Positions 12,546-23,357 of a stretch of 64,000 nucleotides of DNA are shown piece by piece (position 1 is the stretch's first letter; each line of letters begins with the position of its first letter). The translations under genes were made by a program, and so were the position numbers. The notes beneath the pieces are model-generated. The model was not told where the DNA came from and ran no database searches. It was given only the letters and a program-made list of their open reading frames with translations. Origin of the DNA: Podarcis bocagei (taxonomy: Eukaryota); NCBI GenBank assembly GCA_964188305.1, contig OZ076889.1; one strand, written 5' to 3'.

Positions 12546-14054
12546 AGCTTGTGTGGGGACTGGTACTTTGTTCCCTTGCTCTGAAGGAACACAGATACTC
12601 CTTTTATTTATCGCCCACCTCATGCTTCTTAAAAATCTGGTGAGAATGCATTGATCCATGTTCTTTTGTGACTGAAATAAGATTAATAAGGGCTTGAACC
12701 ATGAGCCTTGTGGAGTGTCCCACTTATAGACTCTGCCAACAGACATCTATCTGTAGTAAGAAATCATAAGTGAAAGACTAATTCTTTCTTGTATTTTTTT
12801 CCTCCCATTGGCTGATTGAACTGAAATTGTACTCCTCCTCCTGATTTTGGGTCTGGCCTACTGGTTCTTTCTTCTTAGCTTTTTATTAGTGTTAAAAGTG
12901 CTTAGGGTTCTGTTTTGTTGTGGTAGTGCACGTTGCCTTGAATACAGGTTTCTTGTAGAAAGACTATTATTAAACTTCAATAACAATAATTATAAATATC
13001 AAGCACACAAGCCCAAGGGGAAAAAATGCTTTTGTATTCAAAATTGAAGTGCATGCAGGAGTACTAGGTCACACATTGAGATTTTGTGCTACGGTTTATG
13101 ATGGTTGCCCCTATGCAGCTTGGAAGACGAGTGAAGTACAGATCGAAGAGGATAACAAAATGCCATTTTCACATGTTGAATTCGTGGTCTAAGTGCATTA
13201 ATGCAGCAGCAGTGCTTTGTCCAGCCTGGGCTAGATACTAGGAAAAGCACTGCAATTCTACCGTACCTGCACACAGGAGAACAGTCTGCATAAGTGTGAC
13301 AATTACAGCAGTGATTATTCCAGCTGGAATTTGAAGTCCTAGCCAGAAAGTGCACCGTGGCAATTAGTCTGGCTTGCTATCTCATTCATGCACCTCTGTT
13401 CTCCAGACCGCAGGCAAAGCTGTTAAATATGGAGCAAAGAGTTGAGCTAGATGAGCCTGACATTTCCGCAGGGACAGAACATCTTTGGCCCTTAGGTGTT
13501 GTTGGACTCCTATCAGCCAGCATAGCGAGTAGTCATGAATGATGGGAGTAGTACCTATAGTCCAGGAGTAGCCAATGTGGTCCTGGAGTGGTAAAGGTTC
13601 CCTCATCCCTAGTATCATCTGTCAGCAGAGAAAGTGGATTGCCACTTTCTCCATAAGTGTGAAACATCAGAAACTTGCAACATGCCCATTGTTGCAACTG
13701 TTAAGGGTGTGAGTGAAGGGAGATTCATACATTGCAAGGAATTAGGGAGCCAGGGAATAAAATAATTCCCTGCACTGCTCAGATATATATTGCATCCACC
13801 TGTGTTGATTCCTGTCTGAAGACCACCTAGAGGTAGGCACCAGGCAGCAGGTTTCGCCCTTTTTGCACAATGCTCCTCCCATAAAAGCATGTGGCAGCCA
13901 TGCACTTCTGTGAGAAAAAGCAAAGAGGTGCCTCAAAAGACACCCTTAGGGCAAGGCTACACCTATAGTCCGTGTCCTTACTCACCAGCAGTCAAGCCTG
14001 TTCCTCTATGCATTGTCCCATTCTGAGGTGTATGTTCTTCCTTTTTTGTTACAG

Positions 14055-14217
14055 AGGCTGCTGTTCCAAAAAACCTTTAATTCTCAGCAATTAGTCCACA
14101 TTACCGTCATCAACCTGTTTCAGTTGCATCACTTACGAGACTTTAGCAATGAGACTGAGCAGCACAGTTACAGTCAGGATGAACAGCTCTGCTGGACACA
14201 GTTGCTGGCTCTATTCA
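14055..14217 (+). CDS. SMG7: SMG7 exon 9 (RLLFQKTFNSQQLVHITVINLFQLHHLRDFSNETEQ...WTQLLALF)
   Basis: ttacag|AGG...TTCA|gtaagt, 163 bp. Confidence 0.96.
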
Positions 14218-14431
14218 GTAAGTACTAAAGCTGACAGATCTTGGAGCAAAACCTATCCTGTTGTGCTGCAAGGCTGTAAGGATGATTGTTACATAGTCAA
14301 GTCTGCTGGAAACTAGATATGAGATTAGTTAGTTCACTTGTTGACTACTAGTCAATTTCTCTTGAGCCACACGAGGAGGAGGAGGAGATGCTGCGCTTGC
14401 AAGATAACTGCCCAGCCAGGTGATTCAAATA

Positions 14432-15274
14432 CAGTGGTGCCTCGCAAGACGAAATTAATTCGTTCCGCAAGTCTCTTCGTCTTGCGAGTTTTTCGTCTTG
14501 CGATGCACGGTTTCCCATAGGAATGCATTGAAAATCAATTAATGCGTTCCTAGGGAAACCGCCTTCAGACCAGGTCCGGGGACAGTCTGTCCCCGGACCT
14601 CTTCTGAAGGCTGGGGGGGGGGGGATAAGGGCTTTTCTTCCCACCCCCAGCATTTTAAAAAACCCCGGGACAGCGGAGGACTTCTCCGCTGTCCGGGCAA
14701 TCTTAAAATGCTGGCGGGCGGCATTTTAAAATCGCCCCGGGACAGCGGAGGACTTCTCCGCTGTCCGGGGCGATTTAAAAGCCCCTGGGAAGGCAGGCAG
14801 GGGGGACAAAGACTTTTGCCCCCCGCCAGCCTTCAGAAGGTGTTCCCGCCCCCCCCGCCCCGCTTCGGAGCACCGTTCCGAAGCGGGGCGGTGGGGGAAG
14901 GTGTTCCCACCCCCCCCGCCCCGCTTCGGAGCACCGTTCCGAAGCGGGGCGGTGGGGGAAGGTGTTCCCACCCCCCCGCCCCGCTTCGGAGCACCGGGAG
15001 AAGCGATCTCCCCGCAGCCCCTTGCTTCAAAAGAGGTCCGGGGGCAGCGGGAAGCGCTTCCCGCTGTCCCCGGACCTGGGGCTGTGGGGAGAAGATCGCT
15101 TCTCCCCGCCGCCCCTTGCTTCAAAAGAGAAGACTCGCTGTCCCCGGGGCAAGCTTCGTTTTGCGAAGCAAGCCCATAGGGAAATTCGTCTTGCGAGGCA
15201 ACTCGAAAACGAAAAAACCTTTCGTTTTGCGAATTTTTCGTCTCGCGAGGCGTTCGTCTTGCGGGGTACCACTG
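14432..15274. mobile_element. Tigger-like (Tc1/mariner) non-autonomous transposon with GC-rich internal repeats
   Basis: TA|cagtggtgcctcgcaagacg ... cgtcttgcggggtaccactg|TA; internal direct and inverted repeats. Confidence 0.85.
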
Positions 15275-15751
15275 TAGTTATTGTTTTATGGGACAGGATG
15301 GGAAATAGTAAATTAGAAGCATCCTGTTGCTCCTAGTGATGTTAACTGTTTCTGAGCTGCTTCTGTGGTGGCTGGAATAGCATCAACAACTCTTAATACC
15401 TCCCCCACCTCCTTAGCCTGTTAGGAAGAGAAGTAGGGTGATCACACAACCTGACGTCTGCCCATCCCTGCCCTAGCTTAGTGGGGATCCTGAATGCAAC
15501 AGTATCGGAACACCCATCAGCTGTCCATAGCTCTCTTACTATCAGAGAACGCTTTAAATGTATTCATGTCCAAATCAATGTGTTATAGTCTAACTGTGTA
15601 CCCATGGAATCAGCTTGTAGACTCAAGTTCTTCCCAGTTGCCACATATACTGGGTTGCACACGTATAACTCTACGACACAGCGGCAATAGCTGCTGTCCA
15701 GCTTTTGATAAATTAAAGTTTGGTTTGTAACATTATTATTAGTTATTTGTA

Positions 15752-15992
15752 CAGTGGTACCTCGGGTTACATACGCTTCAGGTTACATACGCTTCAGGTT
15801 ACAACTCTGCTAACCCAGAAATAGTACCTCGGGTTAAGAACTTTGCTTCAGGATGAGAACAGAAATCGTGCTCCGGCGGTGCGGCAGCAGCAGGAGGCCC
15901 CATTAGCTAAGGTGGTGCTTCAGGTTAAGAACAGTTTTAGGTTAAGAACGGACCTCCGGAACGAATTAAGTACCTAACCCGAGGTAGCACTG
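15752..15992. mobile_element. Tigger-like MITE
   Basis: TA|cagtggtacctcgggtta ... taacccgaggtagcactg|TA. Confidence 0.85.
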
Positions 15993-16164
15993 TATACCGT
16001 ACTTCACCTGTAAATCTCAGGGCGGTTCACAGCATACAAATATAAGATACAAGATAGAAACAAAAAATAAATAATAAAAACAAGAACAAAAAACAAACCA
16101 ATAACCCCTCCCCCTTTAACCTGTATGGTGTACTTGGTAAAAAGTAAATTGAAACCACATTGTA

Positions 16165-16379
16165 CAGTGGTACCTCGGGTTAAGAACTTAATTCGTTCCG
16201 GAGGTCCGTTCTTAACCTGAAACTGTTCTTAACCTGAGGTACCACTTTAGCTAATCGGGCCTCCCGCTGCCACCACACCATTTCTGTTCCCATCCTGAAG
16301 CAAAGTTCTTACCCCGAGGTAATATTTCTGGGTTAGTGGAGTCTGTAACCTGAAGCGTCTGTAACCCGAGGTACCACTG
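16165..16379. mobile_element. Tigger-like MITE, same family as 15752-15992, opposite orientation
   Basis: TA|cagtggtacctcgggtta ... taacccgaggtaccactg|TA. Confidence 0.85.
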
Positions 16380-16643
16380 TATAGTATTAACTAGTGATTG
16401 AAAGGACTGTAACCCACTAAATGCTATATGTCTGAAACATTTCTGCAGTCATCTTTGCCTTCTGTTGATGAGGACCTAATTTTTTGCTATCTACTGCCTG
16501 CATATTGTCTTTTTAAAGTGTTTTTCACAGGGAAACCTAATCCAACTCTGCCCCTTGAGAACTGGGGGTGGATAAAGTAGCAAAGCATACCCAAATGTAT
16601 AATGCTTGCTGATCATCATGAGAGCATATATCTTTTCTTCCAG

Positions 16644-16800
16644 TGTCTTTTCTTGGAATCCTGTGCAAGTGTCCTCTCCAGAATGATTACCAGGAAGAGT
16701 CTTGGGGTTCCTATCCCCTTCCTGCACTTAAAGTCTCAATGGACTGGCTGAAACTTAGACCCAGCGTATTTCAGGAAGCTGTGGTTGATGAAAGACAATA
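16644..16800 (+). CDS. SMG7: SMG7 exon 10 (MSFLGILCKCPLQNDYQEESWGSYPLPALKVSMDWLKLRPSVFQEAVVDERQY)
   Basis: ttccag|TG...TA|gtgagt, 157 bp. Confidence 0.95.
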
Positions 16801-17027
16801 GTGAGTCTTGTGTTTTCATGGGTGTTCCCCCCCCCCCCTATTTGTCATTTGGATGAAATGGTGTACCAATGAAGAATTTGTGAAAGAAGTTGGACATTTG
16901 AATAGGTGCTAGTATAGCAAACTGACATGAGTTTTGAACTGGAAGTCCCTGGTACAAATCTTGTCTCTGCTGTGAACATTCTCCAGTGGTCCTAGGCAAG
17001 CCACCACATTTTACTTGCAACCCTGTA

Positions 17028-17959
17028 CAGTGGTGCCTGGCAAGATGAAATTAATTCGTTCCGCGAGTTTTTTCATCTAGCGAATTTTTCGTCTTGCGAA
17101 GCACGAAATCCCATAGGAATGCATTGAAATTCAATTAATGCGTTCCTATGGTCAAAAAAAGTCCTAACAAAGCCAAATTTGGTACAACAAGAGTTTATTA
17201 AGTGCTCTTTAAAGTCACACATACTGTAAAGAGCATTTCAAAAATTGAAGGAACAATAAATTAAGTTTCTAAACATGACAGAAAAACATTTAAAAATCAA
17301 CAAAGTGTACAGTACATTTTCTAAGACTCTGGGGGACAACTCGAAGAAGGTTCCTCTTCCACTCTTTGCTTCTTGCTGAAGAACCCCCTCAACTGTTCCC
17401 CCAGCCGCCCACCACACAGAAATTCAAATCCAGATTTTTTTTAAAAAAACAGCAGAGTGGCCCAATGGTCACAGAAAATCATAAAAATGCAGGGGGGGGG
17501 GGACACACAAGCTTCCAGATTCTTGCAAACCCCTCCTCAACTGTTCCCCCAGCCACCCACCACACAGAAATTCAAATCCAGATTTTTGTAAAAAAACAGC
17601 AGAGTGGCCCAATGGTCACAGAAAATCATAAAAATGCAGAAAAAACACACACAAGCTTCCAGGTTCTTGCTAACCCCTCCCCAACACCAAGTCCTTGAAT
17701 TCCAAACACCCCAACCCAAAATCCAAAACCCCCCAAAAAAGTTTTAAAAGTTTAACTACCACACCGCATTCTATGAGTTGCTCCTCGAAGTCAAGTCGCA
17801 ACTGTATTAACGGTGTTAAGAAAAAGGAAACAAACTTGCAAGACGTTTTCGATTTTTGTCTTGTGAAGCAAGCCCATAGGGAAATTCGTCTTGCGAAGCA
17901 GCTCAAAAAACGGAAAACCCTTTCGTCTAGCGAGTTTTCCGTCTTGCGGGGCACCAATG
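17028..17959. mobile_element. Tigger-like non-autonomous transposon with ~150-bp internal tandem duplication
   Basis: TA|cagtggtgcc ... cgtcttgcggggcaccaatg|TA; ends resemble 14432-15274; duplicated unit at ~17387-17537 and ~17535-17680. Confidence 0.8.
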
Positions 17960-18053
17960 TATCTGCAATATCTGCAAAACATTTCAGGGTGGTGGTAAGG
18001 ATTACTGAGCCAATGAATACACAGGTTTATAGTAGAAACTTATTTCCTTTGTA

Positions 18054-18319
18054 GGGACGCGGGTGGTGCTGTGAGTTAAACCACAGAGCCTAGGACTTGC
18101 CGATCAGAAGGTTGGCGGTTCGAATCCCCGCAACGGGGTGAGCTCCTGTTGTTCAGTCCCTGCTCCTGCCAACCTAGCAGTGCAAAAGCACGTCAAAGTG
18201 CAAGTAGATAAATAGGTACCGCTCCAGCAGGAAGGTAAACGGCGCTGCTCTGCTTCGCTAGAAGTGGCTTAGTCATGCTGGCCACATGACCCGGAAGCTG
18301 TACGCTGGCTCCCTCGGCC
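18054..18319 (+). mobile_element. Sauria SINE, 3'-truncated
   Basis: gggacgcgggtggtgctg head and B-box; no ACCTTT tail. Confidence 0.85.
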
Positions 18320-18514
18320 TGTGCTGCTGGGTCCAAAACACATTGCTAGCAAATGGGTATGACGCTGGAGACCATGGGTGGGGATGCTTCTGAAAAGCAG
18401 GTAAGATTCAGTGAGCAGTTAGCTTACACAGAACTGAAGGTTGCAGTGATCCCCACCCTTACTGACAACTTCTGTTATAGGCCCAGTTAGCACTCGGAAG
18501 CAGTTACAGAGGAA

Positions 18515-18866
18515 GTAAGGAAGTAAAGGGACCCCTGACCATTAGGTCCAGTCGTGACCGACTCTGGGGTTGCGGCACTCATCTTGCTTTATTGGCCAAG
18601 GGAGCCAGCGTACAGCTTCCAGGTCATGTGGCCAGCATGACTAAGCCGCTTCTGGCAAACCAGAGCAGCGCATGGAAACGCCGTTTACCTTCCCGCCGGA
18701 GCAGTACCTATTTATCTACTTGCACTTTGTGCTTTTGAACTGCTAGGCTGGCAGGAGCAGGGACCGAGCAACGGGAGCTCACCCCATCGCGGGGATTTGA
18801 ACTGCTGACCTTCTGATCGGCAAGTCCTAGGCTCTGTGGTTTAACCCACAGTGCCACCCGCGTCCC
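18515..18866 (-). mobile_element. Sauria SINE
   Basis: Reverse complement of the same subfamily; ends ccacccgcgtccc. Confidence 0.85.
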
Positions 18867-20315
18867 ATTTAAACATTACTAACAGGCAATTTCTGACAAA
18901 CTTTTGATTATTTTCTTTTCAAGTGTCCTCTGAACTGTTGTAGAATTTCAGTCCTTCTCTGGAGGATATTTGGTGAAATGGCCTCCCCAATTTTGCCATG
19001 TGCAAAATTTGGATGCCACTGTGCATCCAGTTGTAATATTTTAATGTCATTGAAGGAAGCAATGGGATTGGCGCCTCCTCCCTCCAGCCCTCTGCTCCTA
19101 GCCCATCGCTTCCTTCATCCACCAGTACAAACAGTAGAGTTTCATACATTAATTAACCTGAAATCTCTGAGTTTTCTGAGAACAACTATTTAGAATTTCC
19201 CATGTGTGCACACAAGTATTGGATTCCCTCCCCCACTGCCTTTTCCACTAGTGCCCACATACAGTGTGGAGAGTTCTGGAAGGCCTTATCATTCAGCTTC
19301 ACTCTTTATCCCGCTCTGAGGGTGCAGTATGCTTTGTAAACATGAGGTTTGGGAAATGCTTTGCAAAGTTAAAGATAAAATAATAAGATTAAAAGATACA
19401 ACCACAAACTTAGCCATTCCAAATCAGCATTATAAAGCAATGACCCAGCTAAAACAATCAAGAATTTTAAAAGCTTGATGTCAAAATGCCATCAACATAG
19501 GTGCCAGGGCTACATAGTTAAAATATTTAGGTGTATACCTTAAAATGTAGAATGTGAATGCAGTGCATGTTTGTAGATACATGCATCATACAGTTGTCGG
19601 GGAGCAATGGCAAGCAGAGGTATGTGTCTGCATAATTTGTGACATGACTAACTATGCATTACCAGTCATATTCTTAAATGAAACAAGAACAACCTCAATT
19701 GGTTTGATGCTGTCCACATCTTGCTTCCAACAGGATCTTCATTAAACCTGGCTTTTGAAACAGCTTTCAGTACTTTTTGACTGTGTAACTTGCAAGTAAA
19801 CAAAGCTATAAACCTTCCAAAGTCAAATTGATATTCTGCAAGAGAGAGTTGCAAAGCCTTCCCATTACAAGATGCTACATTATGTACAGTCATGAGGTCT
19901 GGCAGCAATTACATTTCATTCAGCCCTGTAAAACAGAATTCTTCCACTTGACGCCTGCATGTAACAATCTTTGGTTGTTTTTGTTCAAGGGTTCCATGTG
20001 GTTGCCAGTGTTTGGGCATTCTATAAAATTCTACTAGTGTGTTAATGTTTAGGGCAAATAGTGAGCTGGCACAATCCAGAAAAGTAAATTTGCAAAGGCT
20101 GTTCTTAGTAAGAGGAGATGTAATATGTAACAACAAGGGCACTGTGGGTATTGCAGATAAAATATGGATTTGGAGAAGACCTGATAGGCCGGAAGTGGAG
20201 GTAGCAGAGGCTGTTCAGGCACAGAGGGAAGTGTATCAAAGGAAGGAGTGGGAGAGCTGTGAAAGCAACCATTGGCATATTACACAAATTTAAAGTTGCT
20301 CTTCTTGCCTTGCAG

Positions 20316-20386
20316 TATTTGGCCTTGGCTGATTTCCCTGCTAAATAGTTTTCAGCCTCACGAGGAAGACCTCTCCTGCCCTAATG
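20316..20386 (+). CDS. SMG7: SMG7 exon 11 (IWPWLISLLNSFQPHEEDLSCPNA)
   Basis: ttgcag|T...AATG|gtaagg, 71 bp. Confidence 0.95.
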
Positions 20387-20439
20387 GTAAGGTATTCAGG
20401 TTTAAATTACTGTGTTGGTAAATAAGACCAAGAACAGTC

Positions 20440-20595
20440 TCCCTAGGGAGGCTGTGAACCCCTTTCCTTGGAGGTTTTCAAGCAGAGGTTGGATGGCCAT
20501 CTGTCATGGAGCTGTAGCTGGGATTCCTACATTGCAGGGGTTGGAAATAGATGATCCTTGAGGCACTTTCCAACTCTACAATTATTTGATTCTGT
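20440..20595 (+). mobile_element. CR1 LINE 3' end fragment
   Basis: ttccttggaggttttcaagcagaggttggatggccatctgtc ... ttccaactct ... gattct, typical CR1 terminus. Confidence 0.65.
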
Positions 20596-20814
20596 CTTAT
20601 TCGTCCATAGCCTGATGATTGCAGCCTGATGTACACTGCTTAGACAACTGTGGTTGATCAGTGTGCAAATAATTGAAATAAATGTTGAAATAAATTATCA
20701 GTTTGTGGTAATGCAGAGGTAGGTTTATTCACTGGTAGCACTGGTGCTATAGAATCTGTATTGACATTCTACAGTCTTTTGAAGATGCCCCTGATTACAC
20801 ACACAATTTTCTTT

Positions 20815-21142
20815 TTAAAAAAATAATAATAATTGATTAGAGTAAAAACAGCACCTTAGGTAGTACGTTCATTTTAATGGTTGAGATTCTGCCCAACAGT
20901 GAAAGCTTCATCCAACCCCAAATCTCCATTTCTTTCCTGATCTCTTTCCATAGTTTAATATAATTATCTTGAAATAAATTGAGATACCTCACTCTCACCC
21001 AAATCCCCATATATTTTACTTTTTATAACCTATTTTTAGGCGTATCTTTTCTAGGGTCTTTTTTGACTGCTCATCCATGCTTTTAACCAACATTTTTGTT
21101 TTATCTGTATATATTTTGAAACCTGTGCAGATTGATCAGTAT
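20815..21142 (-). mobile_element. L1-clade LINE fragment, downstream half (interrupted by Bov-B)
   Basis: Minus-strand remnants GFKI..DKTKML, KVKYMGI and LSLLGRISTIKMNVLPKVLFL. Confidence 0.7.
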
Positions 21143-21433
21143 TGTTTTTGTTTAGTTGTTTAGTCGTGTCCGACTCTTCGTGACCCCATGGAGCAGAGCA
21201 CGCCAGGCACACCTGTCTTCCACTGCCTCCCTCATGCTGGTAGCTTCGAGAACACTGTCCAAACATCTCGTCCTCTGTCGTCCCCTTCTCCTTGTGCCCT
21301 CAATCTTTCTCAACATCAGGGTCTTTTCCAGGGAGTCTTCTCTTCTCATGAGGTGGCCAAAGTACTGGAGCCTCAGCTTCACGATCTGTCCTTCCAGTGA
21401 GCACTCAGGGCTGATTTCCTTAAGAATGGATAC

Positions 21434-22186
21434 TGTCAGGGGTTTAGGTGCAGAGGCACGGGCAAGGGAGGAAACAGAGAGCGAAGGGGAGGAGACAGAG
21501 GAAAGGATGAGTGATGACGACGACCCGAGATCTCCCAGTCTTTCCAGTGAATCAGAGGATTCACAGAAAGGAGCACCAGTGGCCAGGGCAAGAGGGGAGT
21601 CTAGGGAGGCACCCCAGGAAGATAGAGCCAGAGGAGACTCAGGGGGAAGCAGCTGGGAATCGGGACCAGCGTCACCGCCAGGAAGCAGGGAAGAGGAAAG
21701 GACCCAGGGGGGAAGCGCTGGCAGCTCACCACAGGAGGGAGGGCAGGAGTCAGGAGTGGCCACACCTCCATCGGGGAGCGAAGAAACGGTTAAGAGGAAA
21801 GTGGAAGGTTGGGCGCGCGCGCCAAGTTCAAATGCAGAGGAAGGCGGCGCAGTGAGCAGCCCCGAAAGGGAACCAGGTCCTAAAGCCCGGCGCAAGGAGG
21901 CAGAAGGGTCCGGGTCAGCGTCAGAAGAATCCCGGAAGGAAGAAGCCCCAGGGGGTAGAGGGACCCAGAGGAGGACAGTCAGGAGGAAAAGGTGGAGCAA
22001 GGCTAGGATATTAAGTTGGTGCGCACGGGGCGGAGACTCAGACGGAGCCTCGCCGATCTAGCTAGTAGACGTAGAGTTGCAGACAGCAGCGTGAGAATGG
22101 AAACTGTAATTCAATAAAGACTTTTACTTGATGACCGCTGGCTAGCGTGATCCTCTGTGAGCTAGGATCTTGAAGCAGCTCTGACA
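21434..22186 (+). repeat. 5' LTR (753 bp)
   Basis: No difference from 27226-27978 found by eye; TATTAA at 22009-22014, AATAAA at 22113-22118. Confidence 0.96.
22009..22050 (+). promoter_or_regulatory. Predicted LTR core promoter (TATA-like box and initiator) and transcript start near 22040-22041
   Basis: TATTAA lies 31 nt upstream of an Inr-like CTCA|GAC; the start region is complementary to the PBS position. Confidence 0.55.
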
Positions 22187-22188
22187 GT

Positions 22189-22198
22189 AGGCTCCGTC
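22189..22198 (+). promoter_or_regulatory. Primer binding site, self-priming type
   Basis: AGGCTCCGTC is the exact reverse complement of GACGGAGCCT (22041-22050); there is no TGG tRNA-type start after the LTR. Confidence 0.7.
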
Positions 22199-22277
22199 AC
22201 GACATTGTGGGCATCTGCAGCCTCGAGGAGGGGAGAGAAACAGGCGCCCACTAGCGAGCTCACGAACGGCAGGAGAC

Positions 22278-23342
22278 ATGACGGCTGAGCAGCAGATAGA
22301 GGACCTCAGAAAAGCAGTGGCACAACTGAACGCCGAGGTTCTCGCATCCAGGAAGAGAGAGGACGAGGCAGCTGCCGCCTGCAGGGATCTCCAGGTCAGG
22401 TTAGACGTACTGGCAAAGCAACCACCCCGGCAGGAGGGAATTGGGTTGGCGAGACGGACAGGCGGGCTGCTCTCTCACTTCGATGGGAACCTGCAACAGT
22501 ATCCCAACTTTAGAGCCGACGTACTGTGCGCACTGCAACTGTTGCATAAAGACTTTAGAGATGAACAGGAGAGAGTGGGGTTCATCATGTCCCATCTGCA
22601 TGGGGAGGCGAAAGCATGGTTGCGCAATTTATGGAGAGATAACGATCCGGCGCTCCAGAATGCGGATGCCTTTATTAAAGCGATGGATGGGTGTTTCTTA
22701 TCAAGTATTGACATTGATCTTGCACGGAAGGAGGTGCATGGGCTGAGACAAGGGAGGGCCAGCGTCAGACAGTATCATGCACGCTTTTTCGCTTTGGTCA
22801 GCGCCCTGGAATGGGACAGAGATTCGGCTCCTGTAAGAGACCTCTTTTGGGAAGGACTGCACAACTCGATTAAAGATGAGATAGCGAGGGGGGAGAGACC
22901 CCGAACCACCCAGGAGGTCGTTCAGAGGGCACTGGCCGTGGGGGTGAGGCTGGAAGGACGTCCGTGGAGCAAGGACGAAGGACGTGGAGGGCGCGAACCA
23001 GCCGGGGGCCCCTCCTTCTTTCCCAGAGAAGCAGCGCGAGCGCAATCCACGCCTCCGCCAGGAGGAGGAGCCGAACCTATGGAGGTTGGAGGTGCAAGGG
23101 CTCAGTCAGCAACCAGAGCCCTAGCACCGGCAGCCGTGCAGGCGAAGCCTCCTAGAGGGACCAGGAAGTGTTACGTCTGTGAGCAGCCAGGACATATGGC
23201 GAAAGAGTGTCCCCAGAGGCCCCACAAGCTTACTGCAGCCTCAGCAATGGTGACTGCAGCAACGCAGCAGGGAGGACCACAGCAGGGAAACGACGATGTC
23301 TGGCTGGAGGAAGAGGCACTGGGGCCCAGCCAGACGTGTTAG
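22278..23342 (+). CDS. gag: Gag (coiled coil, capsid, CCHC nucleocapsid), 354 aa
   Basis: FDGN, LHGEAKAW, LRQGRASVRQY (major homology region-like), EPMEVG, and zinc knuckle CYVCEQPGHMAKEC. Confidence 0.93.
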   Translation: MTAEQQIEDLRKAVAQLNAEVLASRKREDEAAAACRDLQVRLDVLAKQPPRQEGIGLARRTGGLLSHFDGNLQQYPNFRADVLCALQLLHKDFRDEQERVGFIMSHLHGEAKAWLRNLWRDNDPALQNADAFIKAMDGCFLSSIDIDLARKEVHGLRQGRASVRQYHARFFALVSALEWDRDSAPVRDLFWEGLHNSIKDEIARGERPRTTQEVVQRALAVGVRLEGRPWSKDEGRGGREPAGGPSFFPREAARAQSTPPPGGGAEPMEVGGARAQSATRALAPAAVQAKPPRGTRKCYVCEQPGHMAKECPQRPHKLTAASAMVTAATQQGGPQQGNDDVWLEEEALGPSQTC

Positions 23343-23357
23343 TGACGCAGTCCCCAG
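23285..23357 (+). promoter_or_regulatory. -1 programmed ribosomal frameshift signal (slippery heptamer and pseudoknot)
   Basis: G GGA AAC in the gag frame (23285-23291); stem 1 is 23298-23307 with 23326-23335; stem 2 is 23319-23324 with 23352-23357; pol is in the -1 frame. Confidence 0.85.

Noticed and set aside
14708-15336. Several overlapping 100-190 aa ORFs
   Set aside because: They come from GC-rich internal repeats of a non-autonomous transposon and show no transposase motifs.
21156-22061. 301-aa ORF fusing Bov-B antisense sequence to the 5' LTR frame, with ATG GAT just before the LTR as at the 3' LTR
   Set aside because: The ATGGATAC belongs to the pre-existing Bov-B target (TSD GATAC), so it is most likely a chance in-frame junction. 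It also lies upstream of the LTR promoter.
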